Source of the DNA: a virus
Taxonomy: Duplodnaviria; Caudoviricetes
Reading direction: 5' to 3' (one strand)
Length of the DNA stretch: 36,248 nt
Virus record (IMG/VR): IMGVR_UViG_3300025103_000070
Span: 1 to 36,248 of that record
In this document: one piece after another, positions 9,229 through 19,000 of the stretch
Position numbering within the stretch: the first letter of the stretch is position 1
Layout: every line of letters begins with the position of its first letter
The notes under the pieces: generated by a model
What the model saw: only the letters and a program-made list of their open reading frames with translations
Database searches by the model: none
What the model was told of the DNA's origin: nothing
Position numbers and translations under genes: made by a program

Positions 9229-10446
9229 ATGTCAAAAGAAGAAATAAAAGAAAAACCAGATGGCACACTGGAACAAGGGGATTTTAAAATGAAAAAGAAA
9301 CCCAAAAAACTTGCTAGTAAAAAGAAAGAAGAACCTACTAAAGTAGATTTAAGTGATAAAAAAGAATCAATTCCTCAAGTTGATTTAACTAAAACCGAAA
9401 AAGATGCCAATACAGAGTCAAGCACAGTGGGTGTATCTAATGAAGAACCTACCAAAAGTATTCAAGAAGTTGAAATACCTGAATCAGAAGTTCAGCAAAC
9501 TAAAGAAAAGGTCACAAAAGAAGAAGTAGAAAATCCAATACAAGAATTAACTTCCGAAGAAGTAAAATCTACTGAAAAAATAACTAAAGAGATTCAAGAA
9601 GAAGTTAAAGAAAATCCACAACTACAATTACCAGAAAATGTAGAAAAATTAGTTTCATTTATGCGTGAAACAGGTGGTAACCTAGAAGATTATGTTAGAT
9701 TAAACGCTGATTATTCTTCAATTAATGAAGATTCTCTCTTAAGTGAATATTATAAAAATACTAGACCACATCTTGAACCAGAAGAAGTTAAATTCCTAAT
9801 GGAAGATAAATTTTCTTATGATGAAGATATGGATGAAGAGCGAGATATTAAAAGAAAACAACTCGCTTATAAAGAAGAAATTGCTAAAGCCAGAAACTTT
9901 TTAGAGGAAACGAAAAAGAAGTATTACGACGAGATCAAGTTGAGACCGGGCGTTACTCAAGACCAACAAAAAGCAACTGAATTTTTCAATAGATATAACA
10001 AAGAACAACAAATAGTTGAAAAACAACATAATCAGTTTAAAACTAATACTAAAGATTATTTTTCTAAAGATTTCAAAGGTTTTGATTTCAACGTAGGGGA
10101 AAAGAAATTTAGATATACTGTTAATAACCCTGATGAAGTTGCCGACCAACAATCCAATCTTACTAATTTCGTTAAGAAGTTCTTAGATGATAAAGGTAAT
10201 GTCACGGATTACAAAGGTTATCATAAAGCTATTTATGCAGCTAAAAACGCAGATACTATTGCTAACCATTTTTACGAACAAGGTAAAGCAGATGCTGTTA
10301 AAGATATAACTTCTAAATCAAAAAACATAGGTAATGAACCTAGAGTTACTGGAAGTGGAGATATATTTTTAAACGGTATGAAAGTAAAAGCAATTAATGG
10401 TGTAGATAGTTCTAAGTTAAAAATTAAAAAAAGAAAAACAACTTAA
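9229..10446 (+). CDS. Probable head scaffolding protein
   Basis: 405 aa with an acidic, low-complexity N-terminal half and a helical C-terminal half, located between portal and major capsid. Confidence 0.65.
   Translation: MSKEEIKEKPDGTLEQGDFKMKKKPKKLASKKKEEPTKVDLSDKKESIPQVDLTKTEKDANTESSTVGVSNEEPTKSIQEVEIPESEVQQTKEKVTKEEVENPIQELTSEEVKSTEKITKEIQEEVKENPQLQLPENVEKLVSFMRETGGNLEDYVRLNADYSSINEDSLLSEYYKNTRPHLEPEEVKFLMEDKFSYDEDMDEERDIKRKQLAYKEEIAKARNFLEETKKKYYDEIKLRPGVTQDQQKATEFFNRYNKEQQIVEKQHNQFKTNTKDYFSKDFKGFDFNVGEKKFRYTVNNPDEVADQQSNLTNFVKKFLDDKGNVTDYKGYHKAIYAAKNADTIANHFYEQGKADAVKDITSKSKNIGNEPRVTGSGDIFLNGMKVKAINGVDSSKLKIKKRKTT
9404..9529 (+). CDS. Candidate nested 41-aa basic peptide in the +1 frame of the scaffold gene
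   Basis: MPIQSQAQWVYLMKNLPKVFKKLKYLNQKFSKLKKRSQKKK*. Has an A-rich leader (TAACTAAAACCGAAAAAG) and resembles small phage proteins beginning MPFKSxxQ. It is below the ORF-track length cut-off. Confidence 0.6.
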   Translation: MPIQSQAQWVYLMKNLPKVFKKLKYLNQKFSKLKKRSQKKK

Positions 10447-10463
10447 ACTAAAAATTAAAAATT

Positions 10464-11921
10464 ATGGGATTTGTAACAGGTGGGAGTTTTCCCGCAAGTT
10501 TAGTTCCTTCTCAAAGACAACAAGCATTATCATCGAATTATTTAAATTTCGCTGATGGTACTTCAGATTGGGCTCAGCAATATTTACCTGAGTTATACGA
10601 GCAGGAAGTAGAGAGATATGGTAATAGAACATTATCAGGTTTCTTAAGAATGGTTGGCGCAGAAATGCCAATGACATCTGACCAAGTAATTTGGTCTGAA
10701 CAAAATAGATTACACGTAGCATATAACCAAGTTGCTTGTACTGGAGCTAATCAATTAACAATTACGTTAACTACACCAGCTACTTCAGCGGCTATTAAAA
10801 GAAACCAAACTATTTTAGTTTCTGATAATGCTACAGGATTAATCACTCAAAAAGCAATTGTAACAGCTGTTTCAGCCGGAGTAGTAACTGCTACTCCTTA
10901 TGATACACCTGCGTTTAGTGCTACTATCCAAACATTATCTGGAGCAAGTGATCTTTCTGTATTCGTTTATGGATCAGAATGGGAGAAAGGTTCTGACGAT
11001 CAAGGAGCAGTTTCAATTACTCCTGGTTTTCAAGAGTATAACAACTCTCCAATTATAATTAGAGATAATTATCAAGTGAGTGGTTCTGATGCTTCTCAAA
11101 TTGGATGGATCGAAGTAGCTACTGAAGATGGAACATCTGGTTTCTTATGGTATTTAAAAGCTGAGTCTGAGACTAGACTTAGATTTGAAGACTATATGGA
11201 AATGGCTTTAGTTGAAGGTGAATTAGCTGGACACACCTTTCAAGGTGTTAACCCTGCTGGCGGTGGTACAGCTTGGACAGCCAATGTTAAAGGTACAATG
11301 GGATTATTCTCTGCTATTGAAAATAGAGGTAATGTTTATCAAGGTTTTGCAGGTGCTGCTGCTCCAGGTTCTGGTGCAATGGCTGATTTCGATGAAATCC
11401 TTAAAAACTTAGATAAGCAAGGTGCTATTGAAGAAAACATGCTTTTCTTACAAAGACAAACGGCTCTTGATTTTGATGATATGATCGCAGCTATGGCTGG
11501 TGGAGGTTATGCTTCTACAGCTTCAGCTTCTTACGGTTTATTTGACAATGAAGAAGAAATGGCGTTAAACTTTGGATTCTCAGGTTTTAGAAGAGGTTCT
11601 TATGACTTCTATAAAACTGATTGGAAATATCTTAACGATGCTTCTACTAGGGGAATGTCTAAAGTGATTGATGGTGTTTTAGTTCCAGCTGGAACTTCTA
11701 CAGTATACGATCAGATGCTAGGTGCTAACATCAGACGTCCTTTCTTACATGTAAGATATAGAGCTTCTGAAACTGAAGATAGACGATACAAAAACTGGAT
11801 CACTGGTTCAGTGGGTGGAGCTTATACTTCAGGTGTTGATGCTATGAACGTACATTTCTTAACTGAGAGATGTTTAGTAACTCAGGCCGCTAATAACTTT
11901 GTGTTGTTTAAAGCAGTTTAA
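10464..11921 (+). CDS. Major capsid protein (HK97 fold)
   Basis: 485 aa after the scaffold. Contains E-loop-like WSEQNRL, PIIIRDNYQVSGSD, a spine helix ending LVEGE, and GLFSAIENRG. Followed by a hairpin. Confidence 0.88.
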   Translation: MGFVTGGSFPASLVPSQRQQALSSNYLNFADGTSDWAQQYLPELYEQEVERYGNRTLSGFLRMVGAEMPMTSDQVIWSEQNRLHVAYNQVACTGANQLTITLTTPATSAAIKRNQTILVSDNATGLITQKAIVTAVSAGVVTATPYDTPAFSATIQTLSGASDLSVFVYGSEWEKGSDDQGAVSITPGFQEYNNSPIIIRDNYQVSGSDASQIGWIEVATEDGTSGFLWYLKAESETRLRFEDYMEMALVEGELAGHTFQGVNPAGGGTAWTANVKGTMGLFSAIENRGNVYQGFAGAAAPGSGAMADFDEILKNLDKQGAIEENMLFLQRQTALDFDDMIAAMAGGGYASTASASYGLFDNEEEMALNFGFSGFRRGSYDFYKTDWKYLNDASTRGMSKVIDGVLVPAGTSTVYDQMLGANIRRPFLHVRYRASETEDRRYKNWITGSVGGAYTSGVDAMNVHFLTERCLVTQAANNFVLFKAV

Positions 11922-11932
11922 TTTTATATAAT

Positions 11933-11963
11933 GAGAGTGTCTACTTTAGTCACTCTCTTTATT
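11933..11963 (+). terminator. Intrinsic terminator or attenuator after the major capsid gene
   Basis: GAGAGTG-TCTACTTTAGT-CACTCTC followed by a weak U tract (TTTATT). Confidence 0.6.
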
Positions 11964-11984
11964 AACCTTTAAATAATAGAAATT

Positions 11985-12323
11985 ATGGCAAATTTTATGG
12001 AATTCAACGTGGACGCTACTGATAGTCTTCATTTGAATGTCGAAAATGTATACAGAGTAGGATTAAAAGCAAACGATCCAACAGATGCTAATGTGATGTT
12101 TTATTACAACGTTGCTTCAGCTTCTGGAACAAACGTTTGGGCATGTGAAGTGACATTAGCTTCGGCTATTTCACAAAAACAAGCTAATGATCTAGAAGCT
12201 CTTGTGAGACGAGTAAATAAGCAACCAGGTGGGATTGTTAAAGCTGCAGATGTATTAGGTGTAAGCCTTTTCTTAGCAACGGCAGCTCCATTCGCGGTAG
12301 CTAATACGGCTCAACCATCTTAA
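11985..12323 (+). CDS. Putative capsid decoration or auxiliary protein
   Basis: 112 aa, Ala/Val-rich, immediately after the major capsid gene. Confidence 0.55.
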   Translation: MANFMEFNVDATDSLHLNVENVYRVGLKANDPTDANVMFYYNVASASGTNVWACEVTLASAISQKQANDLEALVRRVNKQPGGIVKAADVLGVSLFLATAAPFAVANTAQPS

Positions 12324-12341
12324 CCTTAAAAAATATATATT

Positions 12342-12947
12342 ATGCAAAATGGTATTATAGTTCCACTTAGTGGAGCGTTTATTGCTGGTGCGATTGGTCC
12401 AGCTGCTACTGACACACAGTTAGATATATCAGCGATGACATTTGTATTAAATGGTACTCCAAGTTTACCTGCTACAGGTGGATCTGGAACAGGTGCTGTT
12501 GCTACAGTTACTATAAGTGGTGGTGCAAAAACAGCAACCACTTTAACCTTTAGTGCTGGCACAGGTTATAAAGTAGGAGATGTATTAACTATAGCTGGAA
12601 ATACTACTAACTTTACAGGAAGTATTGTTTTAACCGTAACAGAAGAAGATCTTTTAGGAGATGAAACTGAAGGTTATATCAACGCGCCTGGAGCTGGTGG
12701 TTTCTGGAATTGTGTATTACCACCCGAAACTGGTGATAGTTTTAATATTCTTTATATTTCTCAAATTGAATCAGATCATGAGAGATTATGGAAAATTACT
12801 ATAACTGGTGGAAGTTCAGGAAATCACAATGATGTTGCTGTATGCTTTAATAGAGCAATGGTGCAAGCTGCTCAACGACCTATGCAAGACATAACTGTCT
12901 CAGGACTTCCTGCGGGAGTTGCTGTGAGTAGTGTTGTATTGAGTTAA
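12342..12947 (+). CDS. Putative decoration protein with an inserted Gly-rich beta module
   Basis: 201 aa containing GGSGTGAVATVTISGG...AGTGYKVGDVLTI. Confidence 0.55.
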   Translation: MQNGIIVPLSGAFIAGAIGPAATDTQLDISAMTFVLNGTPSLPATGGSGTGAVATVTISGGAKTATTLTFSAGTGYKVGDVLTIAGNTTNFTGSIVLTVTEEDLLGDETEGYINAPGAGGFWNCVLPPETGDSFNILYISQIESDHERLWKITITGGSSGNHNDVAVCFNRAMVQAAQRPMQDITVSGLPAGVAVSSVVLS

Positions 12948-12960
12948 AAACAACAATAAT

Positions 12961-12986
12961 GATCCCGTTTCGGCGGGGTCTTTTTT
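12961..12986 (+). terminator. Rho-independent terminator
   Basis: GATCCCGT-TTCG-GCGGGGTC stem with a UUCG loop, followed by TTTTTT. Confidence 0.9.
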
Positions 12987-13009
12987 AAATATTTATATTA
13001 TATTATATT

Positions 13010-13777
13010 ATGGAAACAAAAGGAAAAGTTTCTCAAGTAAAAGATACTTGGGAATATAAAGATAGACATTATTACTTGTCTGGAAATAAAGAACCATTAA
13101 CTTATACTATACCTAGTAAGCATACTCGGAAATATCCTTTAACATGGTTTGATCCAGAAGTAGGATATGAACGAGAATTAAGATATGCTACTAATCAAAA
13201 GAGTATATTTGTAGATGAACAGAAAGGAAATGCCACTCTAAAACATATAGTGTTTGAAAATGGAGTTTTATATGTTCCAAAAAATAAAAGAACTTTACAA
13301 GAGTTTTTAATTAAACATCCACACAATGGTGTTATATTTAAAGAATTGGATAAACAAGTGGAAGCAGTCGATGAATTAGAATTTTTAGAATTAGAAGTAG
13401 ATGCTATAAACATCGCTAGACAGATGGATATAGAACAAGCGGAAGCAATTTTAAGAGTAGAAAAAGGTTCATCAGTATCTTCATTAAGTAGTAAAGAACT
13501 TAAAAGAGATATATTACTTTTTGCTAAAAGAAACCCTGCTTTATTTATAAATTTATCACAAGACGAAAATGTAGTTCTTAGGAATTTTGCTATTGTAGCA
13601 AGAGAAACAGGAATTATAAATTTATCAGATGATCAAAGAACCTTTAAATGGGGGAGTAATGGTCGTAAACTAATAACAGTACCATTTGATGAAAATCCGT
13701 ACTCAGCAATGGCTGCGTGGTTTAAAACAGATGAAGGTTTAGATGTTTACAAATCAATTGAGAAAAAACTCAAATAA
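13010..13777 (+). CDS. Conserved head-module protein of unknown function
   Basis: 255 aa between the capsid and tail ring genes, a position also occupied in crAss-like gene order. Confidence 0.6.
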   Translation: METKGKVSQVKDTWEYKDRHYYLSGNKEPLTYTIPSKHTRKYPLTWFDPEVGYERELRYATNQKSIFVDEQKGNATLKHIVFENGVLYVPKNKRTLQEFLIKHPHNGVIFKELDKQVEAVDELEFLELEVDAINIARQMDIEQAEAILRVEKGSSVSSLSSKELKRDILLFAKRNPALFINLSQDENVVLRNFAIVARETGIINLSDDQRTFKWGSNGRKLITVPFDENPYSAMAAWFKTDEGLDVYKSIEKKLK

Positions 13778-13789
13778 CAAGTGATTATA
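13776..13789 (+). promoter_or_regulatory. Candidate phage late promoter AACAAGTGATTATA
   Basis: The identical 14-mer recurs in the intergenic region at 19906-19919. Confidence 0.55.
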
Positions 13790-13792
13790 ATT

Positions 13793-13821
13793 AAGGGTGG
13801 TTAACGCCACCCTTTTTTTTT
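13793..13821 (+). terminator. Rho-independent terminator
   Basis: AAGGGTGGT-TAAC-GCCACCCTT followed by a T run. Confidence 0.85.
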
Positions 13822-13833
13822 AAAAATATTAAT

Positions 13834-14886
13834 ATGGTAAACGTAGATATAGTTTATAAAACGGTTTTATATATCTTAAATAAAGAACAAAGAGGATATT
13901 TAACACCAGATGAATTTAATAAACTTGGAATTCAAGTTCAAAGAGAAATATTTGAGAAATATTTTGACGATCTTAATCAACAATTACGTGTACCTCAATC
14001 AGATAACGAATATTCTGATAGAATAAGAAATTTAGAGGAAAAAATAGATATATTTAAAACTAGTGCTGATTGTACGCATGTACCAGCTAATTCTAATTTT
14101 TCTTTCCCAACTGATTTATATAGATTAGGAACTTTAATGTATGAACCTACTGGATTAGACTTCAAGGAAATCCAACCGATTAATTACAATGAGTATTTCT
14201 TAGTTAATAAATCTCCTCTTACCAAACCTACAACTGCATATCCAGTTTACGTTCTTCAAGGTACTGGAGCTCCTTCCACGGCTCCTAGCGATGTGTTTGT
14301 TTATCCTAACACTATAACTTCCAAAGTAAAAGCTTATTACACTAGAATACCTTCAGATCCTAGATGGGGTTATTCAGTGGGGTCTTTAGGTCAATACGTA
14401 TATGATTCCACTACTTATGGAGCAAATTTATTAAATAATGGAGGAAGTTTGTTATCTAGCATAACAACTAATCAAACTGATTTTGTTAATGGAACTTATA
14501 CTGGTACTGTAGGAGTGACAGCAGGTTATTCCACTAGTGGAGCAGGCACAGGATTAAATATTACAGTTACGGTTTCTGGAAATACAGTAACTCAAGTTAC
14601 TATTAACACACCTGGAATTGGATTTGCAGTTGATGATACTATTACAGTGACTGGTTCAGGTGGTGTTTTAGGTGGTGCTACAGGTAATCTTGTAATTACG
14701 TTAGCTTCAACAGATTTCAATGCTAACAGCACTTATGGTTCAACTCAATTTGAACTCCACCAAGCTGAACAAACTAATTTAATACTTAACATACTAATGT
14801 ATACTGGAGTTATTATAAGAGATCCTAATGTTGTTCAAGCAGCGACTACACTAGTACAACAAGATGAAGTAAATCAAAAAAGCTAA
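13834..14886 (+). CDS. Head-tail adaptor / tail ring protein
   Basis: N-terminal helix pair ILNKEQRGYLTPDEFN, core YYTRIPSDPRWGY...FELH and a C-terminal helix. Carries an insertion of about 100 aa. Confidence 0.65.
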   Translation: MVNVDIVYKTVLYILNKEQRGYLTPDEFNKLGIQVQREIFEKYFDDLNQQLRVPQSDNEYSDRIRNLEEKIDIFKTSADCTHVPANSNFSFPTDLYRLGTLMYEPTGLDFKEIQPINYNEYFLVNKSPLTKPTTAYPVYVLQGTGAPSTAPSDVFVYPNTITSKVKAYYTRIPSDPRWGYSVGSLGQYVYDSTTYGANLLNNGGSLLSSITTNQTDFVNGTYTGTVGVTAGYSTSGAGTGLNITVTVSGNTVTQVTINTPGIGFAVDDTITVTGSGGVLGGATGNLVITLASTDFNANSTYGSTQFELHQAEQTNLILNILMYTGVIIRDPNVVQAATTLVQQDEVNQKS

Positions 14887-14892
14887 TATACA

Positions 14893-16038
14893 ATGGCATT
14901 ATTAACAGAAACTAATGAACAATATTACGCAGGACAGCAAGCTCAAGTTGCTGGTGCTGGAGCAACTACTTTCACTTGGACTGGAGATACAACTTTAGTA
15001 GCTACCACTGGTACTACTAACACCAACTTTAAAGTTTTAGTCAATAATGTTGTATGGACAGAAGTATCTGTAGCTCCTTTAGGAAATCAATATCAATTAA
15101 CAGCTTTAAATACTATTACTGTTCCAACTATGGCTGGTGGAGAAGTTGTTGTTATAGAATTGCTAGATGACGCGAAATGGGCGAATTATGGAGGTTATTC
15201 TTACATTAAAATGGAAGATGTAATAAATAACTTTCTAGTTGCTTATGTTGGAGCTGGTAAACTTATTCCTTCAGCGAAGCGTACTGATGTAATGTTCCAT
15301 GCGAAAAGAGGTTTACAAGAGTTTAGTTATGATACTTTAAAAAGTGTGAAATCTCAAGAATTAACTATTCCTCCAAGTTTATCTTTAATAATACCTCAAG
15401 ACTATGTAAACTATGTTCAATTATCTTGGATAGATGGTTTAGGTGTTAAGCATATTATATATCCAACTACATTAACTAGCAATCCTTATACAGTTCCTTT
15501 ACAAGATAATGAAGGTGTTCCAACTCAAGACAATTTAGGAGAAAATTTAGAAGGAACTTCTTTAACGAACGAAAGATGGGCGACCGCTAGAGATTATTAC
15601 TTATCAGGTGCTTACACTAACAATATGTACAACGCTGGAGTGTATGATTGGAGTTGGAATAAAGTGGTTTATGGCCAACGTTATGGTTTAAATCCTGAAA
15701 CTTCCCAATGGAATGGATGGTTTACTATAGATGAAAGAGAAGGTAAATTTAGTTTTAGTAGTAACTTAAAAGGACAGTTAATAATACTAGAATATGTGTC
15801 AGATGGTTTATCAGTAGACTATGACATGAGATTTCCAAAAATGGCTGAGGAAGCTATTTATATGCATATAGCACATGGTTTATTAGCGAGTAGAGCAGGA
15901 GTACCAGAATACGTAGTTGCTAGATATAAAAAAGATAGAAGAGCTGCTTTAAGAAATGCTAAGATAAGATTAAGTAATATTAAGTTAGATGAATTCATTC
16001 AAGTTATGAGGAATAAATCTAAATGGATAAAATCGTAA
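14893..16038 (+). CDS. Tail tubular / ring protein (P22 gp4-like)
   Basis: KRGLQEFSYD, IPQDYVNYVQL, IILEYVSDG, PKMAEEAIYMHI and RNAKIRLSN fit the tail ring pattern. It precedes the nozzle gene. Confidence 0.65.
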   Translation: MALLTETNEQYYAGQQAQVAGAGATTFTWTGDTTLVATTGTTNTNFKVLVNNVVWTEVSVAPLGNQYQLTALNTITVPTMAGGEVVVIELLDDAKWANYGGYSYIKMEDVINNFLVAYVGAGKLIPSAKRTDVMFHAKRGLQEFSYDTLKSVKSQELTIPPSLSLIIPQDYVNYVQLSWIDGLGVKHIIYPTTLTSNPYTVPLQDNEGVPTQDNLGENLEGTSLTNERWATARDYYLSGAYTNNMYNAGVYDWSWNKVVYGQRYGLNPETSQWNGWFTIDEREGKFSFSSNLKGQLIILEYVSDGLSVDYDMRFPKMAEEAIYMHIAHGLLASRAGVPEYVVARYKKDRRAALRNAKIRLSNIKLDEFIQVMRNKSKWIKS

Positions 16039-16042
16039 TTAA

Positions 16043-19000
16043 ATGCCAGAAATAAAAAGCACTTTCATCAAGTCTAAAATGAACAAAGACTTAGATGCGA
16101 GAATATTACCTGAAGGAGAATACAGAGATGCTCAAAATATTGCTGTAAGTAAATCTGATGGACCCGATGTTGGTGCATTAGAAAATATATTAGGTAATAT
16201 TAGCTTAACAGACTTTGGTTTAACTGACAACAATTTAAAAATTATTGGTCATTATGAAGATATGACTAGTAATAGAATATTTGTATTTTTAACTAATTAC
16301 AATGACTCCTCTGTTGACAATTTAAGTAATTTTGCTTTAGGTGGAGCTACAGATACTAGTTTACCTGGCTCCCCAACTTTTGGTGGGAGTAAATGCTATA
16401 TATGTTGTTATAATATTTTAACTGGAATTTCTAATATTTTAGTATCTGGAAATTTTCTTAATTTCTCTAAAACATCACCTATATTAGGAGTTGACTTAAT
16501 AGAAAATTTATTATTTTGGACTGATAACAGAAATCAACCAAGAAAAATAAATATTCAAAAAGCAATAGATGATTCTACATATTACACCACTGAAGATCAA
16601 ATTTCAGTATCTAAATATTACCCGTGGGAAGCAATTACTTTTTTAGATAATGGTAATAATAGTACTTTAAAAAATCGATCTAGTGAATTTTTACCTTACC
16701 ATACTTTATCAACGATAAGTAGTATAGGTGGTGGACCTACTTATGCTATTACTTTAACTGCACCAAACTCAAATATATCTATAGGAGATAAAGCTTATTC
16801 TCCTGACGTACCAGAAGGAGGTTATGCAATTGTATCAGGTGTAGGGGCAATGCCTCCTAACACAGTCACACTAGTATCTAGTAGTGGAGGAATACTAGAT
16901 CCAGATACTATTGGATGGAATATAGGAAGGTTAAAAACAGGAAATGGGCAATTGACAAGTAGTATAAGCTCTAATACTACAGGTGCTACAAATGGAACAC
17001 ATTCTATCAATCTCCCTAATGGAGGAGCAGGAGCCGTAGATGGAGTAACGGTAACTGGTAGTGGTGAAGGTGGAGAAATAACAGTTCACGTTTCTGGTGG
17101 TGTAGTTGTAAAAGTAGATGTTAATATAGCAGGTAAAAACTATGCTAATGGCAATACTATTACTTTCGATGCAACTGCTGTTACTTGGATGGATCCAGCA
17201 AGTACTGATATTATAATAACTTTAGCATCAGTTAACGATGATTTTGAAGCTAATCCTAGTATTTATTTCGCTAAACCTAATCCAGATTATATATCCACAT
17301 TTCCAGGAGATCCAGAATTTTTAAAAGATAAATTTCCAAGATTTAGTTATAGGTTTAAATTTGACGATGGAGAATATTCACTTATGGCTCCATTTAGTCA
17401 AATAGGATTTATACCTGATCAAGGTGGATGTTTTATGTTGGGAGATGAAAGCAATACTAAAACTAGTGGTGTTGTAAAATTTATGGAGAATTGGGTGGAT
17501 ACTGTAGGATTAAATATTTCTCTTCCATCTATAAATACTTCATTTAATGAATTATACAAAGTAGATGAAATAGAAATACTATATAAAGATTCTAGTAGTC
17601 AAGGTGTATATGTGGTGGATTCAATAAAAACAGATCCAGAAAGTGGTTTTGATAGAGGTGGAGTAACAGGTGTAGCTATAACCACTGCCGGTACGGGCTA
17701 TACTAATGGAATATATACAAATATTCCAACTACTGGGGGAACTGGTGTAGGTTTAACTTTTGATTTAACAATAGCTGGCAATGCTGTAACCGCAGTTAGT
17801 GTTAATTCTATAGGATCAGGTTATACGAATGGAGATTTAGTATCTATTACTTTAAGTACAGCTGGCACTGTAGCTATATTAGCTTTAACTATAGGTAGTT
17901 TTTCTAATTACATTTATTGGTATGAATCTCAAAAACCTTATCAAGTACTTCCAGAAAAAGATTTAATAAGGGTGCATGATAAAGTTCCAGTAAGAGCAGC
18001 GGCACAAGCTAGTTCTGGAAATAGAATAATATATGGAAATTTTTATAACAAACATACTTCTCCAGATTATTTAAATTATGAATTAAAATTAGGAGAAAAA
18101 AACACTATTATATCAGGATCCAATATAAAGAAAGAGTTGCCTAATCACACTTTAAAACAAAATAGAAGTTATCAAGTAGGCGTAGTGTTGGTAGATAGAT
18201 TTGGAAGATCTTCTAATGTTATTCTTAGGCAAACTTTAGATAATGTAAATGAAAATTATAATAATTCAACTATATTTGCTCCTTATACTAATGCTGGAGC
18301 CTCACCTTATGAATGGTTTGGGAATTCTTTAAAAATTAATTTTTTAGATCAAATTCCAGCAACGGATTCTACTCCAGGATACCCAGGTCTTTATAGTACG
18401 TCAAATCCTTTGGGGTGGTATTCTTATAAAATAGTTATTAAACAACAAGAACAAGAATATTACAATGTTTATTTACCTGGCGCATTAAGTGGAAATATAG
18501 ATTGGAGTGGAGCGAAAACTAGTGAACTTACCTATAGTAATGGAACTTTTGTATCTAATATAGCTTTATTCGGGGAAAATATAAATAAAGTTCCTAAAGA
18601 AACTATTAATGTAGGTCCAACAGATGAAATATTTGGTAGTAAAGTTCAACTTTACAATAGAGTTATGCAAGTAGGTCCTGCTGCTACTACTAGTGCAAAT
18701 TCTCAATCTCCGCCTAATGGAAGCGCACACGATGTAACAGCTATACAACAGTTTAGAGATTTAGGAAGTTGGACTTTAGAAAAAGTTAATTTAACAACTT
18801 CTCCTTTTTGTTATCCACAATCTGATCCATTTTTCAATGTGGATGATAATCCATATATAGCTTCTTTATCTACCCCTTTTAGAGTTGGTTATCCAACAAC
18901 TGATCAAATAAACCCTTATTGGAATTTTGCTAAAAATTTAATAGTTTACGAAACAAATGCTGTAAAATCTAATTTAGATATATATTGGGAGACTACCACA

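Noticed and set aside
11901-11985. Frameshift or readthrough extension of the major capsid protein (TTTAAAG)
   Set aside because: The heptamer is not in the X XXY YYZ register, and stops and a hairpin follow.
9901-12562. Short antisense ORFs (9901-10152, 10462-10722, 12326-12562)
   Set aside because: They lie opposite strong structural genes and have no independent start context or motifs.
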